Below, in pieces: positions 45,576-54,323 of a stretch of 64,000 nucleotides of DNA (its first letter is position 1; the number at the start of each line of letters is the position of its first letter). The stretch spans positions 32,001-96,000 of IMG/VR virus record IMGVR_UViG_3300037518_000322; one strand, written 5' to 3'. The DNA comes from a virus. A program made the position numbers and the translations under genes. Under the pieces are notes generated by a model. That model worked only from the letters and a program-made list of their open reading frames with translations, searched no databases and was not told the DNA's origin.

Positions 45576-45824
45576 TCAGCGGTGCAGCCGCAGTTCGAGT
45601 GCCTTGGCTGTTCCGGCTTTGTTGACGGTGTAGACGATGCAGCCGTCCGTGTGGGACTCGGCGAGGTATCCGTAGCGTGTGAGGCGGCGGCAGACCAGTT
45701 CAGTCAGGGCCCTGCTCTCGTAGAGCGCTTCGCCGTCCTTGGCGTTCCAGTGGAGTTTGCCCCGACGGGGCGCCGTGAGCTTCAGCAGTACTTCGGCTGC
45801 TGATGTGCTGAGCTTGCGGGTCAC
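45576..45824 (-). CDS. small winged-helix-like protein
   Basis: LTRYGYL...YTVNKAG pattern. Confidence 0.5.
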   Translation of the reverse strand: MTRKLSTSAAEVLLKLTAPRRGKLHWNAKDGEALYESRALTELVCRRLTRYGYLAESHTDGCIVYTVNKAGTAKALELRLHR

Positions 45825-45973
45825 CGTGCTGCCTCGCTGTAGTTCTTGCTGGAGTCGTAGAGGTCGGTGGCTGCGTCACGCAGAAGATGCGGCTGTGTGG
45901 TGGCATCGGACGCGGTGACGGGGATCAGTACTAACCCGCCGATGAGGGTGGCTAGTACGAGACTGATTCGCAT
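45821..45973 (-). CDS. small secreted/membrane peptide
   Basis: MRISLVLATLIGGLVLIPVTASDA; GACAAGGAAGG upstream. Confidence 0.5.
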   Translation of the reverse strand: MRISLVLATLIGGLVLIPVTASDATTQPHLLRDAATDLYDSSKNYSEAAR

Positions 45974-46073
45974 GACAGATTTCTGCCTTCCTTGTCAAGG
46001 GTGGAAATTAGCAGCGCTGAGGGGCCGCTCACAAGTGGCACGGCCCCTCAGCGCATCTATTTGCACACCAGCT

Positions 46074-46250
46074 TTAGCGGCGGGTGGCTGCCCTGTCCTG
46101 GCGGCGACGGCGTCCGGAAACGCCGATCATGGCGCACGCTCCTGCCATCAGCAGGAGGCCGGTGTAGAGCATCAGCTCTGAAGTGGTGCCCAGGCCGGTC
46201 GCCGCGAGAGCGGCGCCACCTACTCCGGCTCCGGGCATGTACGTGTTCAC
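46074..46250 (-). CDS. mini protein consisting of an LAxTG sortase-type sorting signal
   Basis: AAGGAG RBS; LAATG, then a TM helix, then RRRR. Confidence 0.55.
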   Translation of the reverse strand: MNTYMPGAGVGGAALAATGLGTTSELMLYTGLLLMAGACAMIGVSGRRRRQDRAATRR

Positions 46251-46276
46251 GGAAGTTGTTCTCCTTCTTCTTGGTG

Positions 46277-47470
46277 TTACTCGGTCCACGTCGCCGGTCG
46301 GCGTCGGGAGAGATAGGACTTGGCCACTGATGTGACCAGCCAGTACATGTGGACGAGGCTGAAGAGCAGCTCGGGGATGATCAGCAGCTGTACAACGACG
46401 GAGCGCCACCCCAGATGCCTGACCGTGAAGGCCCAGTACAACGGCCAGAACAGGACGAGTGTCAGGTAGGTGGCATTGAAGTCACTGCGGTTCCACGGGG
46501 CCGTGCTGGTGAACACCCAGGTCATCCCGTACATCAGCAGGGAGAGTTCGAGGATCAGGATGGCGAAGGACTGCCAGGTGTGCTTGGTGATCCCTCTGTC
46601 CCTGAGGATGTCGATGGCGCCTCTGGTCCATCGTTGGCGCTGGCGGACGAGATCCCTGAGGGTCGGCATGAGGTCGGTGTATGCGATGCACCACTGGTTT
46701 GCGGTGACGCTCCAGCCGCTCTCCTTGAGGGTCAGGGTGGTTTCGTAGTCTTCGACGAGGTTGCGATCGTTTTCCCAGAAGACGTCGCCGCGCCAGTCGA
46801 TGACGTCCTGGAGGGCGCTGGTCCGGTAGAAGGACCCGGCTCCGGACATGGTGTGCACGTTGCGGCGGATGCGTGCGTAGGCGTAGCGGCCGTATTCGAT
46901 GCGCTGCATGCCGTACAGGAACCGTCGCCAGAGGGACCGTGTGGGTATCTGCCGTCCCCGGCAGGCGGCAGATACGCCGCCCAGACGTGGGTTGTTGTTC
47001 AGGACGCGAACGGCGCGCATGATGAAGCTGGGGTGGAGTTCGGTGTCGGCGTCCATGACCATGAGGCGCCGTGCGGCTGCTTCCAGTCGCTTGCCAGTTA
47101 GCTGTTGTATGTAGCGAATGCCCGCGTTGAGGGCTCCCGCCTTCTTGTGCGGGTTGATGGGGAGGACCAGTACCTGGGTCGTGGGCACGTCCGGGCGCGC
47201 TGCGAAGTCGCGTGCGATCTCTTCGGTGCGGTCGGTCGAGTTGTTGACGACGACCAGGATCAGATCAGGCTTCTCGGTCTGCTGGGCTATGCTCCCGAGA
47301 CCGCTGAGCAGCCCCTCTTCTTCGTTGCGTGCAGGAACCAGAATGACTGTCCCGAAGACAGGGTCCACTGCTGTTGTGGAGCGTGCGCGTCTGCGTCGCA
47401 CACCATCCCCCTTGCGATGCGTGTTGCGGGGGCAGTCCTCTTGTGGTGGCCCCATACCAGTTTTTTTCAC
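46277..47470 (-). CDS. processive family 2 glycosyltransferase (PgaC/cellulose-synthase-like)
   Basis: PARNEE, KAGALN, DADT, VED, QRQRW; C-terminal TM helices. Confidence 0.88.
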   Translation of the reverse strand: MKKTGMGPPQEDCPRNTHRKGDGVRRRRARSTTAVDPVFGTVILVPARNEEEGLLSGLGSIAQQTEKPDLILVVVNNSTDRTEEIARDFAARPDVPTTQVLVLPINPHKKAGALNAGIRYIQQLTGKRLEAAARRLMVMDADTELHPSFIMRAVRVLNNNPRLGGVSAACRGRQIPTRSLWRRFLYGMQRIEYGRYAYARIRRNVHTMSGAGSFYRTSALQDVIDWRGDVFWENDRNLVEDYETTLTLKESGWSVTANQWCIAYTDLMPTLRDLVRQRQRWTRGAIDILRDRGITKHTWQSFAILILELSLLMYGMTWVFTSTAPWNRSDFNATYLTLVLFWPLYWAFTVRHLGWRSVVVQLLIIPELLFSLVHMYWLVTSVAKSYLSRRRPATWTE

Positions 47471-47602
47471 TGGTTCAACTTCCTTGTCGTGTGGTGATCC
47501 TAATGCACTACTGGCACAGGGTTGACGAACTGGTGAGTAGTCATGGATCTGTGACATGACGGAGCCCGGGACATCAAGCCCCGGGCCTTCAGGTTGCGTT
47601 GG

Positions 47603-48052
47603 TCAGGTGATGGCAGTTCCGCACTGGTCGCAGCGGTAGACGTAATCTGACAGCAGTTGGTCCCTGCCGACCTCGTCGCGTGCTGTGAGATCCTTCCCGC
47701 AGCTCAAGCAGTACCAGACGGATCCGGCCGTGTAGGCGACGAGGGTGTTGTCCGGTTTCGGCAGCTCGTGGCCATGCAGCAGTCGGTACATGGCGGCTAG
47801 GGTGGCTGCGCTGTGCGGGCCTCTTCGTTGCCATGCGGCGGAGAGCTGTTTCAGTTCGCGTACCAGTAGCCGCAGTTCTTGGGTTTCCTTGAGGTGCTGG
47901 CCGTCGGCTGCGTCGAGGTCGTGGAGTGCTCCCTTGTGGAAGATCTCCGCAAACTCCAGCTCCACACCGCGCACTACCCGTTCCGCTTCGAAGTGAGTGC
48001 CGCCGTGCATCATGCGGTAGGCGACGATGAGGGCGTCGCGGTCGTGGCTCAC
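47603..48052 (-). CDS. hypothetical protein with C-terminal Zn ribbon
   Basis: CLSC...CDQC; GTGA-coupled. Confidence 0.55.
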   Translation of the reverse strand: MSHDRDALIVAYRMMHGGTHFEAERVVRGVELEFAEIFHKGALHDLDAADGQHLKETQELRLLVRELKQLSAAWQRRGPHSAATLAAMYRLLHGHELPKPDNTLVAYTAGSVWYCLSCGKDLTARDEVGRDQLLSDYVYRCDQCGTAIT

Positions 48053-48306
48053 GATGCGTCTTGCCTGTGGGGCAGCGGCTTTGCGAAGCCCCACGTCTGC
48101 TCGATGATCTCGATGACATCCATCATCAGATAGGCGCCTTGCCTGTCTGATGCCTGCGCCTGGTCGCTGGTCATTGCGTCGAGGTCCCGCTGGTCGTACC
48201 ACTCCTTGGCCTTGACGAGCTTGCGCTGGAGTTCGTCGGGGAGGTGGTGGGTGGGTTCGTGGTCCACGGTGATGGTGTCCTTGTCTGGTGGGGTGAGGTG
48301 CGGCAA
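48049..48306 (-). CDS. hypothetical protein
   Basis: ORF in the leftward gene run. Confidence 0.45.
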   Translation of the reverse strand: MPHLTPPDKDTITVDHEPTHHLPDELQRKLVKAKEWYDQRDLDAMTSDQAQASDRQGAYLMMDVIEIIEQTWGFAKPLPHRQDAS

Positions 48307-48377
48307 CTTGACAGATGGCGCCCAATCCGGCCTTGGCGCCCTGCCGCGCCTCCTTACCGGCCGGTCGACCCCGGGGG

Positions 48378-48674
48378 TCAGGCGGCACGCGGGAGGGCTG
48401 CGACTTCGTAGCGTGCCGTTTCGTCGCGGCGGATGTTGCAGGCGTCGCAGTGGCAGCGCATGCGGTGGGTGCGGGCGTCGCGGCGTCGGGTGGCGGCGTA
48501 TGCCTCGATCTGGGCGGCGATGTTGATGTCGTCAGGTGGGAGTGGTTCGCCTTCTGCGCACACCGGGCTGGTGATTTTCGCTGTCCACCAGGCGTAGGCC
48601 GCGAGGAAAGCGGCGGGGTTGCTGCTGGGGCGTCTGGACGCTGTGTTTTTGGTGAGGGTGTGGAGATCGGGCAT
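48378..48674 (-). CDS. hypothetical protein (CHCDAC motif)
   Basis: GACAAGGAAGG upstream of ATG 48674. Confidence 0.5.
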   Translation of the reverse strand: MPDLHTLTKNTASRRPSSNPAAFLAAYAWWTAKITSPVCAEGEPLPPDDINIAAQIEAYAATRRRDARTHRMRCHCDACNIRRDETARYEVAALPRAA

Positions 48675-48764
48675 GGCTTTCGCCTTCCTTGTCTGCCAGT
48701 CTGTGTTCACCGGTATGCGTCAACCCTTGTCTGGACTGTATCCAGGGTTGGGTGCAGTCGTGCT

Positions 48765-49238
48765 TTAGATAACCTCCAGGTCATAGACGGTGACGGGGAC
48801 GCCCCGTTTGGTGAGTGTCTCGTTGATGATGGGCTCGACCTTGTCCCAGGTGCCACCGCCGAGGCCGCAGCCGATACGGGGCATGTGGACGGAGGCATTG
48901 AGCCGGGCCGCCGCATCCGCTACTTCTGTCAGCGCCTCAGTCAGCGCTACGTACTGCACGGCGCGTGGGGCGGACCTGTCATGGCGGACGCCGTGCTGGG
49001 CGATCATGTTGGCAACGTCGATGTCATGCCTGACGGTTACGAACTGGACCGCGCCGAGCCGGAAGTCTTTCTGTGTGTGGTCCCATGCGTGGTAGGCGAG
49101 CTTTGTGAGGGGCCATGCGCGGCCGAGGGCGACAACGAAGCCGCTGCCCCACTTGCCCTCGTCGTTGACGATGTGGGCGATCATCTTCAATCCGTCGCCG
49201 ACCGGCTGAGTGGCGTCGCCCTTGACGTAGGTGATCAT
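48765..49238 (-). CDS. macrodomain protein (Poa1p/TARG1-like ADP-ribose hydrolase)
   Basis: KGDAT, HIVND.GKWGSG, MPRIGCGLGGGTW. Confidence 0.88.
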   Translation of the reverse strand: MITYVKGDATQPVGDGLKMIAHIVNDEGKWGSGFVVALGRAWPLTKLAYHAWDHTQKDFRLGAVQFVTVRHDIDVANMIAQHGVRHDRSAPRAVQYVALTEALTEVADAAARLNASVHMPRIGCGLGGGTWDKVEPIINETLTKRGVPVTVYDLEVI

Positions 49239-49480
49239 GCGCTCTCTGCTCCTACCGGGACGGGAACGGCCTCTTCGGCGGGCAGCGGCTCTTGCCCGGG
49301 GATGTTGAGCCAGTCGCGTTCGGCGCTGGCGCTGGGGTAGTCGTCGTGTTCGTTGGCGAAGTCGTAGCTGTCCTTCTCGCCGTGGTCAACGGCGACCCAC
49401 TCGCTGGCAGTGACGACGAGGTAGGTGTCGGTGGGGTTTCCCCGTGCCCCGGGTATCAGGACGACGTAGGTGTCTCGCAT
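49235..49480 (-). CDS. hypothetical protein
   Basis: GAGGAG RBS; coupled to the macrodomain gene. Confidence 0.55.
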   Translation of the reverse strand: MRDTYVVLIPGARGNPTDTYLVVTASEWVAVDHGEKDSYDFANEHDDYPSASAERDWLNIPGQEPLPAEEAVPVPVGAESA

Positions 49481-49782
49481 GAGGGACCTCTCCTCTTGTC
49501 TCGTTCCGCGCGCACCTGGGCGGCCGGGTAGAGCGCCATGGGGCGTCTTGTTTCCGGGTGGTCGACGTAGGCGATGGACGCGATGCCCCACCTGGACATA
49601 GTGGTGCGTGCCGCCGCTGTGCTTTCGTATCCGAGGAAATCGGCCACCTGCTGCGCTGTCCATGCCTCGGGTGGTTCCTCGGTGAGCATCTCCGCGTAGG
49701 CGTCGATGTAGTCCATGATCTTGCTGGCCTCGTCGGCGGGGACGTGTTCTGTCAGCCGGTCCAGCAGTTCGTCGCGGGTCAT
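49456..49782 (-). CDS. HTH DNA-binding protein
   Basis: WTAQQVADFLG...ARTTMSRWG...ALYPAAQV. Confidence 0.6.
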   Translation of the reverse strand: MTRDELLDRLTEHVPADEASKIMDYIDAYAEMLTEEPPEAWTAQQVADFLGYESTAAARTTMSRWGIASIAYVDHPETRRPMALYPAAQVRAERDKRRGPSCETPTSS

Positions 49783-49954
49783 GCGGACATGATCCTTCCT
49801 TGTCATGGGTGGCGGGGCAGGCTGCGTGAGGCGTGCCCCGCCACCGTTGCGATCCCGTCCGTTGGCGCGGCCGGGATCGCTGGCTGCGCCGTTGTCTGGG
49901 GGCAAGGCGCAGCCATGGCCTGGACGATACCCTCCGTGCCGTTGGTGTATCTAC

Positions 49955-50230
49955 CTACGGCTTGGGCCGGTGTGGGCGGATTTTTTCGGCGGTCCAGCGG
50001 ATGATCCGTACGGTGTCGTAGAGGATCCTCCCTGCGGCTATGAGCATCATCAGCACGAAGAGTGCTGCGGCGGGCGCGACCAGGAGCGTGCCGGTCAGCC
50101 AGTCGGCGCGGGTTGATGCGTAGGGGGCTATCAGGATGGTGACGACGGCGTATTCGGCGATCCCCAGGAGGGTGAGGGACACGGCGGCGTAGGTGCAGCC
50201 GACGTCGTGGCGCCGTAGGTAGCCGGTCAC
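49955..50230 (-). CDS. 2-TM membrane protein
   Basis: Two hydrophobic helices. Confidence 0.5.
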   Translation of the reverse strand: MTGYLRRHDVGCTYAAVSLTLLGIAEYAVVTILIAPYASTRADWLTGTLLVAPAAALFVLMMLIAAGRILYDTVRIIRWTAEKIRPHRPKP

Positions 50231-50538
50231 TGACGGGTGGCCCGTTCCTGGCGCTGCTGGATCTCGTACTGGGTGAGGGCTGCGGCGTAGGCGTCGTAGC
50301 GGCGGCAGGTGCGTGTGTCGATGATGTCGCTGCGCCGGTACCAGCCGGTGACTCCCTGACGGGAGATGGCGTCTTTGGGTGCCCCTTCGGCGGCGGCGTC
50401 TGTGCACGCGATGATGATGCGCTCACGGCCGAAGCCGTTGTCCACCAGGTAGGCGACCATGTAGCGGTAGCCGAGGTGCTGTGTGGGGCTGGTGACGTGC
50501 TGCTCGCCGGTTCCGTAGGGAGCCTTGAACTTGGGCAT
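50227..50538 (-). CDS. hypothetical protein
   Basis: GACAAGGAAGG upstream. Confidence 0.55.
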   Translation of the reverse strand: MPKFKAPYGTGEQHVTSPTQHLGYRYMVAYLVDNGFGRERIIIACTDAAAEGAPKDAISRQGVTGWYRRSDIIDTRTCRRYDAYAAALTQYEIQQRQERATRQ

Positions 50539-50569
50539 GGGCTGTGCCCTTCCTTGTCGTGGGTGGTGC

Positions 50570-50893
50570 TCAGGCTTTCTGCTGGTTGGGGGCCGGGTGG
50601 TCGTTGCTGTCGATCTCGCGGACTTCGAAGACTGTGGTGCGTGGGGTGCAGACGCCGGTGGCTTCTTGTGCGTTGCGCAGGGTGGCACGGCCTTGGTTGC
50701 TGGCGTCGTCCATGGTGTCGGCGAACAGGCTCCAGTAGAGGTGGAGCTGGTGGTTGGCGAGGTCGAAGCGGCCCAGGGGGTCGCCGTCGATGGCGTCGGC
50801 GATGTCCCGTGCTTCGGCTTCGGTGATCCATCCGACGTCCTCGATGACGGCGGTGATGGCGTACTGGCGCTGGTCGAGCACGTTTCTGTTCAT
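50570..50893 (-). CDS. hypothetical protein
   Basis: AGGAG RBS. Confidence 0.55.
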   Translation of the reverse strand: MNRNVLDQRQYAITAVIEDVGWITEAEARDIADAIDGDPLGRFDLANHQLHLYWSLFADTMDDASNQGRATLRNAQEATGVCTPRTTVFEVREIDSNDHPAPNQQKA

Positions 50894-50903
50894 CCGGGTT
50901 CTC

Positions 50904-51638
50904 CTACATGCTGGGGTGGGCGGGTGTGAGGGTGAGGCGGTTGTCGCCGTCGGGCTTCTTCCAGCTCACGTGGTTGGAGTGGACGATGTAGGCGTTGGTG
51001 GTGTCTTCCTGGCCTTCGACGCAGATGAGTTCGCGGCTGCCCTTGAGCTGGCCGTGGTCGATCTGGGTGAAGTCGGGGAAGGCGCGTAGCAGGGGTGTGA
51101 TGTAGCGGGTGCCGAAGAGGTCGAAGATTTCGTAGCCCGGGGTGTTGTTGCGGTGGAGGGAGGCGAGTCGTTGGTAGCGTGCTCCGATGCCTTCGACGAT
51201 CATGCGGTAGGCGGGGTGGCCGAGGGTGGCGCCGAGGGTGGCGTTCTGGACGTTGCCTCTGCTGCCGGTCATGCCGATCAGGGTCTTGCCCTCGATGAGG
51301 GGGTCGATGGGCTTGGTGCACCGGGAGTCGGCGTCGGTGTAGATGCCGCCGTAGCGGGCGAGGAGTTCCAGGCGCAGGACGTCGGCCCGTGCGGCGATGG
51401 GCATGTCCGGGTTGTCGGCGAGGGCTTCGTAGACCCACTGGTTGTGCAGGGCGGGGAGGTTCTTGTCGGTCCAGAGCTGGACGTGGTAGTGGGGGTTGTG
51501 CACCTTCCAGGTGTGCAGGTTTTTCTGGTAGGGGAAGGGCTTCTTGCCGATCCAGATGACGTGGATCCGCTTGGGTATGCCTGTTGGCGGGGTGTCGGTG
51601 GTGGTGGGGCGGTGACGTCGGAGTTTGCCGAGGATCAC
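50904..51638 (-). CDS. family 32 (DXD, OCH1/SUR1-like) glycosyltransferase
   Basis: IPKRIHVIWIG, ADVLRLELL..YGGIYTDAD, FGTRYIT. Confidence 0.85.
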   Translation of the reverse strand: MILGKLRRHRPTTTDTPPTGIPKRIHVIWIGKKPFPYQKNLHTWKVHNPHYHVQLWTDKNLPALHNQWVYEALADNPDMPIAARADVLRLELLARYGGIYTDADSRCTKPIDPLIEGKTLIGMTGSRGNVQNATLGATLGHPAYRMIVEGIGARYQRLASLHRNNTPGYEIFDLFGTRYITPLLRAFPDFTQIDHGQLKGSRELICVEGQEDTTNAYIVHSNHVSWKKPDGDNRLTLTPAHPSM

Positions 51639-51667
51639 TGGTGTTCCTTGTCGTGGTGGTGTGTGGT

Positions 51668-51832
51668 TCAGGTGGTGAGGATCTGGGTGAGCATCCAGGC
51701 GCCCACGGCGAGGCCTGCTATCAGCACGCACAGCACGATGGCGGGTCGCTGCATGGGTGGGAGGCGGTGTTCGCCGAACCCGAAGTCGACCCGTACGTCG
51801 TCGTTGTACGGGTCTTGATCGTTGCCTGTCAC
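51668..51832 (-). CDS. small membrane protein
   Basis: C-terminal TM helix; GACAAGGAAG upstream. Confidence 0.45.
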   Translation of the reverse strand: MTGNDQDPYNDDVRVDFGFGEHRLPPMQRPAIVLCVLIAGLAVGAWMLTQILTT

Positions 51833-51851
51833 AGGCTTCCTTGTCGGTGTG

Positions 51852-52487
51852 TCAGCCCGTGTGGGCTGGGTCGTGCCCGAGGTCGAATCCCGCTTCTGAT
51901 TCGTCCGGATTTGGTGTGTAGTGCTCATCAAGGTCCAGTTGCTCAGCCTTGGCGTCCATCTCTGCCTGCTCTTGCAGGATTCGGTGCGGGAGCGAGTATC
52001 GCACCTTGATGGTCTCTCGGTCGTCTGTGTAGAAAGAAAGACCGAACTGTGTCCCAAGGTTCTTGGCGGCGCGGCAGAAGGCCACGCTGCGTGCGCCGTT
52101 CATGCAGTCGCTGTGCAGGTCCCAGAGGGACTTGGGGTTGTGAATCTCCCGCTGGGTGCCCCAGGCACCGGCACCGTCGAAGAACGTACGGACGGATCCG
52201 TCGGAGTTGCGGATGATGAGGCGCTGGCGGGCGCGGTAGGCGACGGCCATGTTGTTGTTCAGCTCGCGCCCCTGTCCGACCTCGGTGAGCTCCAGATCCT
52301 GCTCCCCCCAGCCGAACGGACCGAAGATCTCGATGAGCCGGGCCCGGATGTAGGTGTGGTGGAGGTTGATCTGCCGGTCATTGTCACGCTTGGTGATTGC
52401 TTCGATCAGATCGTCATTCTCAAACTGCTCGAAGGGCTTGAGCAGTTCTTCGTACTGTCGTTGGGTGAGCTTTCCAGGGTCATTCAT
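51852..52487 (-). CDS. Rad52/Rad22-family (Sak-like) single-strand annealing protein
   Basis: IRARLIEIFGPFGW, DGAG, ARSVAFCRAAKNLGTQFGLSFY. Confidence 0.8.
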   Translation of the reverse strand: MNDPGKLTQRQYEELLKPFEQFENDDLIEAITKRDNDRQINLHHTYIRARLIEIFGPFGWGEQDLELTEVGQGRELNNNMAVAYRARQRLIIRNSDGSVRTFFDGAGAWGTQREIHNPKSLWDLHSDCMNGARSVAFCRAAKNLGTQFGLSFYTDDRETIKVRYSLPHRILQEQAEMDAKAEQLDLDEHYTPNPDESEAGFDLGHDPAHTG

Positions 52488-52575
52488 GATTCCCCTGCTT
52501 CCTTGTCGTTGTGTGGTACGCGAAAGGGCGGCATCGGATTTCCATGCCGCCCTTTATTCACGCTGTGTGGCGTGT

Positions 52576-52821
52576 TTACTCCGGAGTGAAACGAAGCAGG
52601 ACGTCCTTCCCGTCCTGCGTCACCCTGGTTTCCGTGACGTAGCCGTGCTTGTTGCCCCATCCGCGCGCCAGGGTGCGGAAGTAGGACGGCTTCTTGTAGA
52701 AGTCGACACCGCCTTCCAGTTGCCACCACTTCCCGTTGGCCCATGTCTCCCACGGGTACGTCATGCGGTCTTCTTCTCGCGCTAGTGCCGCTACGAGATT
52801 GTCTGCAATCTGCTTCGCCAT
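52576..52821 (-). CDS. small hypothetical (possible DNA-binding) protein
   Basis: YPWETWANG..WQL..GVDF motif. Confidence 0.55.
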   Translation of the reverse strand: MAKQIADNLVAALAREEDRMTYPWETWANGKWWQLEGGVDFYKKPSYFRTLARGWGNKHGYVTETRVTQDGKDVLLRFTPE

Positions 52822-52894
52822 GCATGCAGTCTATAACTGACAAGTGAGTTAAACAACAATCGCGTGAAAGTCTCATCTAACGAGTTTGTCTCGT

Positions 52895-54304
52895 TTATCG
52901 ATGATAGTTGACAACGATGACGGCTTGCTTGGCTCGCGTGATGGACGTGTAGAGCCACTGTGCGTAGGACGGTGGGCCCTCGTCCATGACGATGACCTGG
53001 TCGAACTCGGAGCCTTGTGCCTTGTAGGCGGTGAGTGCGTAGGCGTAGTCCCACAGACGCGATCCCCGTGGGCGGTCCGGGGAGTTCTTCCACAGATCCT
53101 TCTCGGCGCCGAACTGCGCGCGGGCGACGCCTGCGACGAGAAGGCAGACGGGCTCGTTGGGGGTGGCCAGGACGTGGTCGTCGAGCTGGACGACGATGTC
53201 AATCATCGGCCCACCCCGGTCGGTGACCTTCAAGACGGTGCCGGTCATGCCGTTGTGCACCGTCAGGAAGTCTCTGGTGGCGCGGTAACCGCCCTCCCCG
53301 GGGGTGACGCGGACCGCCTCGTAGGAGCGGCCTCCGAGTGAGACGACCCGGTCCCCCTCGCGGGGTGGTCCTTCGCCATGTCCGGCCTGGTTCAGGCGGG
53401 CGCGCAGGCGGTTGGTGTGTGTGACGATGAGCCGCTCGGGTCCGGGGTCGAACCGCTGGAAGACGCCTCTCATGACAGGGTCGGAGAGGGGGTAGCGGAC
53501 GGCGTCGCCGTTTCCGTAGCGGGCCCGCCCCATGTGTCCGTTGCGGCGTACGTCGTGGGCGGCCTCGATGATGCCGGAGTCGGCGCCCTGGCGGTGGTTG
53601 TGGGTGAGCTCCACGTCGGGGTTCATGGTGAAGGGGTTCATCTGGGCTTTGACGGGCGGGAGCTGTCCGTGGTCGCCGACGAGGAGGACGGGGACGCCGA
53701 AGGAGCGGACGTCGGCGACCTGTTCCGGGGAGAGCATGGAGGACTCGTCGATGATGACCAGGCTGCGATGGCCGCCGAGGTATTCGCGGCGTTTGGGTTC
53801 GAGCTGTTCCCGGATCCGGCAGTCATGGGTCTTGCCCGCCGTGCACGGGTCGAAGTGTGCGGGGCACTCGCAGGCGTCGTCCTGGCCGCAGACGCACTTG
53901 TCGACGACGCGGCGGACCTTCCCGCCGGTGACGTCGCAGTGATGGGTGGCGTGCATGTGGTAGACGAGTGAGTGGTAGGTGCGTACCCGTGCGCTCTGGC
54001 CGCCGGTGAGTTTCTTGCGCAGGACGGCGGCGGCCTTGTGGGTGGGCGTGCCGAAGACGGCCCGGACGCCGAGCTGATCCTCCAGGGACTGCATGAGAGT
54101 GGTCTTGCCGCTGCCCGCCCAGCCTCCAAGGGAATAAATTGGTGCATTTCCGGCGCCGTGGGTGTGCGGCGTGGACGGGCAGCCGTTGAAGCCGTAGCCG
54201 GATGTGCCTCCGTTGCAGTGGATGAGGTGGGCGTCGGCGTCCTTGTACCAGTCGTCGATGCGGTCGAGGGCGTTGGACTGGTCGGTGCTGAGGCTGATGG
54301 TCAT
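52895..54304 (-). CDS. RecD/Dda-like SF1B helicase
   Basis: GWAGSGKTT, TPTHKAA, IIDESSM, GDHGQLPPV, YAYALTAYKAQGSE, LYTSITRA. Confidence 0.9.
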   Translation of the reverse strand: MTISLSTDQSNALDRIDDWYKDADAHLIHCNGGTSGYGFNGCPSTPHTHGAGNAPIYSLGGWAGSGKTTLMQSLEDQLGVRAVFGTPTHKAAAVLRKKLTGGQSARVRTYHSLVYHMHATHHCDVTGGKVRRVVDKCVCGQDDACECPAHFDPCTAGKTHDCRIREQLEPKRREYLGGHRSLVIIDESSMLSPEQVADVRSFGVPVLLVGDHGQLPPVKAQMNPFTMNPDVELTHNHRQGADSGIIEAAHDVRRNGHMGRARYGNGDAVRYPLSDPVMRGVFQRFDPGPERLIVTHTNRLRARLNQAGHGEGPPREGDRVVSLGGRSYEAVRVTPGEGGYRATRDFLTVHNGMTGTVLKVTDRGGPMIDIVVQLDDHVLATPNEPVCLLVAGVARAQFGAEKDLWKNSPDRPRGSRLWDYAYALTAYKAQGSEFDQVIVMDEGPPSYAQWLYTSITRAKQAVIVVNYHR

Positions 54305-54323
54305 AGTGGTGTGCCCCCGTCGG

